A stretch of DNA of 10,561 bases, taken from positions 1 through 10,561 of the forward strand of contig JBGSVZ010000115.1 of NCBI GenBank assembly GCA_041752695.1, read 5' to 3'. Source of the stretch: Terrimicrobiaceae bacterium. Its GTDB lineage: Bacteria; Verrucomicrobiota; Verrucomicrobiia; Chthoniobacterales; Terrimicrobiaceae. Shown here piece by piece: positions 5,249 through 10,561 of the stretch. The number at the start of each line of letters is the position of its first letter. Within the stretch, counting starts at the first letter, position 1. The notes under the pieces are model-generated. The model saw nothing but the letters and a program-made list of their open reading frames with translations. It searched no databases and was not told where the DNA came from. The position numbers and the translations under genes were made by a program.

Positions 5249-7186
5249 TCATGGAAAAACGACTCGGACGCGACAGAAGGAAAACGGGCTGGCGGGGTTG
5301 GGATCGCTGAGCAGGCGGCTTTGGGCGGCCGTGAGAGTGCTTGTGCGGGTGACCTCGGTCCACGTGATGAAGTCTGTCGTGCTTTCCAAAATGTAATATC
5401 GGCCCTTCCTGCCTGGAAGGCTGTGGTGGAGGCCGTTTCCATCCTGAGTGACTTGATCGACGCGGAAAAAATCTCCGGGATCGAGGGTGTTTGTGGCGGC
5501 CGCAAATTCGTCGATGTCGATCCGGCTGTCTCCGTCGGAATCTGTGGTCCGGCAAAATTTCCCGACAATGCAATCCCCGCTTCCCGGGGCGAAGGGATGA
5601 CCGCCCCCGCCGAAGGTGGACTGGTGGGCGTGCTGGGTGGGGAAGTTCGTGCTAAGCGTTCCTCCGGCGAAATAGATCGCTCCGTCGCCTCCGAGAAAAC
5701 ACGTGCGTCCATTGTCATAAAGCGTGCCACCCAGATACGTGCCGTATTCGATTGCGCGGAAATCGGCGGAGAGCACAAAGAGAACCGCGTCATAGCTGCC
5801 CCCGCCAGTGGTTTGGAAGGCGGTCGCGGAGGTGATGGGAAAATTGGTTGAGTTGCTTTCCGCCACCACCACGATGCGACCCTGGCTGTCCACGTAGATT
5901 CCGTCGGGGTTTTCACTTCCCGAGCCTCCCACCAAAGTGCTGGCGATCACGCGTCCGTCGGTGCCAATTTTGGCAATGCCGATATCGCTGTTGCCCTGGA
6001 GGACGGTCCCGACGGTGCCCGGAGTGGTGGGAAAATTGGGGGATTGGGTATTAACGGCGATATAGACATCGCCTGCCGCATCGAGAGCGAGACCGTGGGT
6101 TTCGATCTGATCGGTTCCACTGCCTCCCAGATAGGTGGCAAAGAGCAGCGCTGAGCCAGTGGAATTTAAGGCGGCGACGAACATATCGGTTAGTCCCGCA
6201 TTGGTCGTGGTGGCACCCGAGCCCGCTGTCACGACATTGGTGGATGTGGTGTAAAACAGAACCACGGGACACTTGGTGGTGCGATTGACCCGGAGCGATC
6301 CGGCGGTGGAATCCTCGCCGGAACCCCCAAGCCAGGTGGCCCACAAAACCTGGGAGCCGTCGCCTTTGATTTTCACCGCACCACATTCGGTGTTACTTCC
6401 CGGCGCCGCGGTGGGTCGGAAGGCATTGGCGAAAGCGCCCGTAAAGGCCGCCGGCAGAGTGTTGCTGGAAGCGGTGGCCTGGGTAAGCAGGGCATAAACA
6501 TCACCGTCGTTGTCGATGTCGAAATCCCGCACCAACTCCCCCGTGCCCAGATAGGTGGCCCAAAGAAGCTGGGAGCCATCCGCGGAGAGTTTCGCCACAA
6601 AACCATTCTGGTGTCCGTAGTTTCCCGACCCGCCCGTGGTTCCCGCAAAAGCGGGCTGGAGGGCCCCGGCCGTGGTGGGAAACCCGGGCCCGGCCCGTCC
6701 GGAGATATAGACACATCCCGTGGCATCCACTTCGACCGCATAAGCGCGGTCGTAGCCAGGTCCGCCTACAAAGGTGGACCAGAGCAGTTGGCCGCTGGCG
6801 TTAAATTTGGCGACGAAGGCGTCGCAGGTCCCGAAGTTCCCCACGCCCGTGCCGGTGCTGACTCCTTTGTTGTATCCGTTGGGCTGGGTTGGGGAAATAT
6901 GGGTGCTGCTGTAAGCGCCTGAGGTGGTCGGGAAATTATTGGTGCCCGTGGTGCCTCCATTGGGTCCCGTTCCACCCACCACGTAAACATTCCCGGAGGA
7001 ATCGGCGAAAATATCGCGCGCATGCTCCCATCCGGATCCTCCCAGATAGGAGGAAAAGGCCCGCACGTAGGGGCTCACCGCCCTCGCGGGGAGCGCCGCC
7101 AACACTGTCAGAACCGCCACTCCGAAAGCCGCGGCCCGCTTCGAGTGTTTCTTCACCAATGGGCGCTGGGGGACCGGGGGGATCAT
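5249..7186 (-). CDS. Secreted SBBP-repeat (seven-bladed beta-propeller) protein with C-terminal DxDGD acidic loop and beta-rich terminal module
   Basis: 645 aa. Signal peptide ...KKHSKRAAAFGVAVLTVLAALPARA|V. Seven repeats of the type (S/T)YLGGSG-x-D...D-x-x-G-x-VY-x-x-G-x-T...NFPTT...DAFVAK. C-terminus DSDGDSRIDIDEFAAATNTLDP...GRYYILESTTDFITWT...SDPNPASPFSFCRVRVVFP. A possible alternative GTG start lies at 7156. Confidence 0.88.
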   Translation of the reverse strand: MIPPVPQRPLVKKHSKRAAAFGVAVLTVLAALPARAVSPYVRAFSSYLGGSGWEHARDIFADSSGNVYVVGGTGPNGGTTGTNNFPTTSGAYSSTHISPTQPNGYNKGVSTGTGVGNFGTCDAFVAKFNASGQLLWSTFVGGPGYDRAYAVEVDATGCVYISGRAGPGFPTTAGALQPAFAGTTGGSGNYGHQNGFVAKLSADGSQLLWATYLGTGELVRDFDIDNDGDVYALLTQATASSNTLPAAFTGAFANAFRPTAAPGSNTECGAVKIKGDGSQVLWATWLGGSGEDSTAGSLRVNRTTKCPVVLFYTTSTNVVTAGSGATTTNAGLTDMFVAALNSTGSALLFATYLGGSGTDQIETHGLALDAAGDVYIAVNTQSPNFPTTPGTVGTVLQGNSDIGIAKIGTDGRVIASTLVGGSGSENPDGIYVDSQGRIVVVAESNSTNFPITSATAFQTTGGGSYDAVLFVLSADFRAIEYGTYLGGTLYDNGRTCFLGGDGAIYFAGGTLSTNFPTQHAHQSTFGGGGHPFAPGSGDCIVGKFCRTTDSDGDSRIDIDEFAAATNTLDPGDFFRVDQVTQDGNGLHHSLPGRKGRYYILESTTDFITWTEVTRTSTLTAAQSRLLSDPNPASPFSFCRVRVVFP

Positions 7187-7210
7187 GAAAAAAGGATTCG
7201 ATGGGTAAAC

Positions 7211-7265
7211 AAATCAAACAATTGATTTATAGCATATTCCCACTCTGGTGCGAGGGAATATTCCC
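7211..7265 (-). promoter_or_regulatory. AT-rich promoter/operator region of the beta-propeller gene
   Basis: Minus-strand -10-like TATGCT at 7236-7231. Inverted repeat AAATCAA-N4-TTGATTT at 7211-7228, ATATTCCC-N12-GGGAATAT at 7234-7261, and perfect palindrome GGGAATATTCCC at 7254-7265. Confidence 0.5.
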
Positions 7266-7307
7266 CGGCGCGAGCTGACCCCTGCCGCTAAAATGCCGAA
7301 GGCGGAA

Positions 7308-8315
7308 CTATTGCCCCGCCCCGGATCCTTTCAAAATCTCCTCGCGGGTGGGGATTTGCGCGTCGCGTCGGCCCCAAACCAACGTGGAGGGGCGGCGGGC
7401 GAGGGCGCGGGTGAGGATCTCGGCGTAGGTCGAGGTCACCTTCAGGTTCTGGCTGGTGATGCTAAAGTCCGCGACGATGCTGTTGAATTTTTTCTCATTT
7501 TTGGTCAGCACGCGGTCTCCACTGGCGGCGAGTTGTTCCAGCATGGTTGCGGCGCGTTCCAGCCGGACGAAGGTCCGTTTCACGGGTTCGCGGTTTTCCG
7601 AGATCAGGCCACCGGCATTGGCCACAACGCCACCAGTCTGGGTGAAAAGGGTGTCGGCATTGGCGACGACGCCCTTGGTCTGGGTGACGAGCGCCTGGGC
7701 GTCCTGCACCACGGGCCGGACTTCACCGAGGAGGTTTTTCGTGTCGGCCAGGAGGCTGTCCGCATTGCCGAGCACGCCTCGCACTTGCTGGAAGACATCC
7801 CCGGTCGATGGGGCGCCTCCCACGAGGCCCTGCAGGCCGGTGAGGGTGTGGTCGAGATTGCGGGCCAGTTCGTCGATCGAGACGGGCGCGATGCCCTGAA
7901 CGACCGCTCTGTCGGCCAGGACGGGTCCGCCCGGCGTGCCGCCGGAGAGGAGGAGAAACTTGTCGCTGAGCAGAGTGTCGGCGGTGACGCTGACGGTGAT
8001 GTCGGTCGGGAGCGGCGGGACGGCCTCGGTGAGCGCAAGTTCGACCTGGACGGTGTTGCCGGGATCTTTGCTGGCGAGTCGTTCTTCGGAGGTGAGGATA
8101 CGGATGCCCGCGATGCGTCCCGCTCCGGCTCCTCCGAGTTTCACCTGCGCACCGAGGGAGATGCCGGTGACATCCGAAAAATTCACCAGCAGGGTGCGAG
8201 CGGGGCGGCCTAGCATCGTTCCGCTGAGGGCCATGGCCAGGGCGGCAAAAAGCACGGCGCTGCACGCAATCACGGCAATCGCCACGGCCCAATCACTAAA
8301 GTTTCGGTTTTTCAT
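7308..8315 (-). CDS. MCE/MlaD-family lipid-transport substrate-binding protein with long helical C-terminal region
   Basis: 335 aa with an N-terminal TM anchor and MCE motifs FSDVTGISLGAQVKLGGAGAGRIAGI and DTLLSDKFLLLSGG. An amphipathic helical stalk follows, ending in LARRPSTLVWGR, typical of single-MCE/PqiB-type C-termini. Confidence 0.9.
   Translation of the reverse strand: MKNRNFSDWAVAIAVIACSAVLFAALAMALSGTMLGRPARTLLVNFSDVTGISLGAQVKLGGAGAGRIAGIRILTSEERLASKDPGNTVQVELALTEAVPPLPTDITVSVTADTLLSDKFLLLSGGTPGGPVLADRAVVQGIAPVSIDELARNLDHTLTGLQGLVGGAPSTGDVFQQVRGVLGNADSLLADTKNLLGEVRPVVQDAQALVTQTKGVVANADTLFTQTGGVVANAGGLISENREPVKRTFVRLERAATMLEQLAASGDRVLTKNEKKFNSIVADFSITSQNLKVTSTYAEILTRALARRPSTLVWGRRDAQIPTREEILKGSGAGQ
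7613..7687 (-). repeat. 42-bp (14-aa) tandem duplication inside the MlaD helical stalk
   Basis: CGGCATTGGC at 7613 and 7655, and GTCTGGGTGA at 7636 and 7678. Protein: TQTKGVVANADTLF-TQTGGVVANAGGLI. Confidence 0.8.
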
Positions 8316-8381
8316 CGTTCCCGGCTGGGACGTTGTCTATGCCGTGGCCGCGCAGGCATCAAGGCGGAAACTCCGGGGAGC

Positions 8382-8409
8382 TTGCGCGTCGGCTCGCTCT
8401 TTATATGCT
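8382..8409 (+). promoter_or_regulatory. Putative sigma70 promoter of the AsmA/TamB-like gene
   Basis: TTGCGC (8382-8387), 16 nt, TATGCT (8404-8409). This is the same TTGCnC-N16-TATnCT pattern as upstream of mnmA. Confidence 0.45.
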
Positions 8410-8422
8410 GACACGCCTTTCC

Positions 8423-10561
8423 ATGAGTTCGTCGAATGTTTCAACCCCCGGTCGTCAGCGGAGATTTCCGCGCCGGTTCATCCTGCCTGCCGTCCTCGCG
8501 GTGCTGGCGGCGGGGTGGTTTTTGCATCCGCCGGTCCTCGAACGCCTCGTCCGTTATGGGCTGACCAGGGAAGCCGGCCGCGCGGGCTTGCAGTTGGAAA
8601 TTGGCGAGATCGAGGCGCATCTGGCGCGTCCCCTGGTGGCGAACAAGATCCGGCTGCGGGCGAAGGACGACCGCGTTTCCCGGACGGCGGCGGAGATCGA
8701 CCGCGTGGTGCTGACTCTCAACTGGCCCTGGCGCGCCTTCTTTGGAGAACGTCGGCTGATCCGCTTTGCGGCCGTGGAAAATCTGCGCGGGGTGTTTGAT
8801 ATTGGGTCCTCCGCCCCGGCAAAACCGTCGTCCGCGCCTTCTGCCGCCGCCGCAAAAAAGCCCTCCTTCGCTCGCTCCCGGCTTCCGTATTTTCCACAGA
8901 CCGTGCGCGTCAGCCGGGCCAGCTTCGAGATTCTCGCGAACACGCAGTCGTATTTTGTGGAGGATCTTTCGGCCGAATTTAGCGAGGAGGCCCTGGGAAC
9001 CTTCTCGGCGTCCTCCGCGGAAATTCACGCGGGCCCGATCGCGGAAAACTTCGGCGCGCTCAAGGGTGTGACCGCCTGGAAGGACGGTTCGGTTTACCTG
9101 GCCGACCTGGCATTGCGGGACGGAATTCGCATCGACAACTTCGAAGCGGAGCTGGCGCGTCCCGGTCATCTGGCGCTCACAGTGGAAGCGGGAATCTTTG
9201 AAGGCGCGATGCGCGGGGACCTCACTCTGGGTGGGCATGATGCTCCCGCCACCGTCTCGGTGTGGGCGGCAGGCACCCAACTCAAGCCTCTCGTCCGATT
9301 ACTGGGCTGGGGCGGCGAGACCGACGGCGTGCTGAGCGAGGCGCGTTTCACTTTTCGCGGCGACCCCGCGCGCGCCATTGATGGCCAGGCTTCATTGCGG
9401 CTTTCCGCGGACGGATTTCGCTGGAAAGGACGTGGCTGGGAATCGCTTCAGGTGGGGGCCAATCTTTCCGGGCGGCGCCTTTCCGTGAGCGACTTCACCT
9501 TCCGGCAAAAAGAAAACACCCTGGCCCTGAATGGCGATCTGATCATCACGGAAAAATGGTCCGATATTTCCCGGGCGCAATTTCTGCTTAACGTCACGGC
9601 TTCGGTGAAAAATCTCGGTGAGCTGGCGGGATTGTTCGGCCCGCCCTTCCATGAAATGCGCGGCCGGATGAGCTTGAGCGGTTCGGTGAATGGCCGGCTG
9701 GGGGCCATCAATGGACTCCTCAGCGCGGAGGGTTCGGAGATGGGTTTTCGCGACCGCCCGATCGAATCCGGACGGGTGGAAATGGTCTTTGCCAACAGTG
9801 AGGCGCAGGTGACGCAGTGCGAACTCTGGAGCGGACGGGACTACGTGCGCGGCAAGGGCAGTGTTCAGCTCATGTCTCCTCACCAATATTCCGGTGACGT
9901 GCAGGCGCGGGTCGAGGATGTGGCGGCTTACCTGGGCCTGCTGCGCACCAAAGACATCCTGCCCATCCAGGAGGGCATTGCGCAGATCCGCTGGCAGGGC
10001 GACGGCACCGCGGCGGCGCACTCGGGCGCGTTCCAGATTGCGCTCGACAAGTTTGTCTCCTCGCTCACCCCGAGCGGGCTTACCGGGAGGTTCGCGGGCA
10101 CCTATTCGCCGCAGAACATCTATTTCAGCGGCTTTGAACTCGAACAGGGGCCGTTGCGTTTTTCCACCCGGGCGACGCTGGCGGCGTCCGGCGTCAAATT
10201 GCAGGACAGCCTGCTGCTGGCTCGAGGCCGGGAGATCGCGGATGCGGAAATTTTTCTGCCGCTCAACCCCTTCGACCTTGCCGCCGGTAAACCCCTCAAC
10301 AGCGCCGTGCTGGCGGACAAACCGCTCTACGCCAACGTTGCGACCCGCGGCGCACTCGGTCTACGGGATCTTCTCCGACTCGCAGGCAACGATTTGCCGG
10401 CTCTCGGCTCCGTCAGGGTCAATCTCCAGGCCTCCGGCAACCCGGCCGCACCGGTGATCGAAGGAAAACTCGAAGGCCGCGGCCTGGGTCTCGAGGTGGA
10501 GAGCGGAAAAATCCCGGCCACGCAAATCGACGCCACCATTCTCACGAAAGAGGGGCTCGTC
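8423..10561 (+). CDS. AsmA-like / TamB-like (repeating beta-groove) envelope protein, 5' part (continues beyond the right edge)
   Basis: I translated the frame by hand and it is open for 713 codons from ATG 8423 (an in-frame ATG at 8405 overlaps the putative -10). MSSSNVSTPGRQRRFPRRFILPAVLAVLAAGWFLHPPVLERLVRYGL... gives a basic N-terminus plus a single TM anchor. Continuous Gly-rich amphipathic beta strands follow (AMRGDLTLGG, DGQASLRLSADGF, RGRMSLSGSVNG, VRVNLQASGNPAAPVIEGKLEG). The diagnostic C-terminal domain is outside the window. Absent from the ORF track. Confidence 0.75.
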   Translation, partial: MSSSNVSTPGRQRRFPRRFILPAVLAVLAAGWFLHPPVLERLVRYGLTREAGRAGLQLEIGEIEAHLARPLVANKIRLRAKDDRVSRTAAEIDRVVLTLNWPWRAFFGERRLIRFAAVENLRGVFDIGSSAPAKPSSAPSAAAAKKPSFARSRLPYFPQTVRVSRASFEILANTQSYFVEDLSAEFSEEALGTFSASSAEIHAGPIAENFGALKGVTAWKDGSVYLADLALRDGIRIDNFEAELARPGHLALTVEAGIFEGAMRGDLTLGGHDAPATVSVWAAGTQLKPLVRLLGWGGETDGVLSEARFTFRGDPARAIDGQASLRLSADGFRWKGRGWESLQVGANLSGRRLSVSDFTFRQKENTLALNGDLIITEKWSDISRAQFLLNVTASVKNLGELAGLFGPPFHEMRGRMSLSGSVNGRLGAINGLLSAEGSEMGFRDRPIESGRVEMVFANSEAQVTQCELWSGRDYVRGKGSVQLMSPHQYSGDVQARVEDVAAYLGLLRTKDILPIQEGIAQIRWQGDGTAAAHSGAFQIALDKFVSSLTPSGLTGRFAGTYSPQNIYFSGFELEQGPLRFSTRATLAASGVKLQDSLLLARGREIADAEIFLPLNPFDLAAGKPLNSAVLADKPLYANVATRGALGLRDLLRLAGNDLPALGSVRVNLQASGNPAAPVIEGKLEGRGLGLEVESGKIPATQIDATILTKEGLV

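Noticed and set aside
5543..7080. Recurring CCCAGATAGG-like DNA motifs that could suggest a CRISPR or DGR-type repeat
   Set aside because: They encode the YLG of the SBBP propeller blades within one ORF, with irregular long spacing. No cas or reverse transcriptase gene is present.

Overview
GC-rich bacterial chromosomal window, probably Verrucomicrobiota (inferred from the style of the proteins, not from a marker gene). It holds nine protein-coding genes, and I found no rRNA, tRNA, CRISPR array or mobile element. In order: 5' part of coaX, type III pantothenate kinase (minus, runs off the left edge, absent from the ORF track); a TMTC-like GT-C glycosyltransferase with TPRs (minus); mnmA (true start 2399, not 92); cutA; a calcineurin-like metallophosphoesterase (minus); a small secreted, highly charged helical protein of unknown function; a secreted 7-bladed SBBP beta-propeller protein with a C-terminal acidic loop plus '..F-x-R-V' module (minus); a stand-alone MCE/MlaD protein (minus); and a divergent AsmA/TamB-like gene of at least 713 codons that runs off the right edge (also absent from the ORF track). 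The region is mostly housekeeping and envelope genes, and I cannot demonstrate a new system. The best leads are the orphan MlaD head-to-head with a bridge-like lipid-transfer gene, the putative C-terminal sorting module, the uncharacterised TMTC-type transferase, leaderless-type promoters on coaX and mnmA, and palindromic operator-like sites upstream of the propeller gene.
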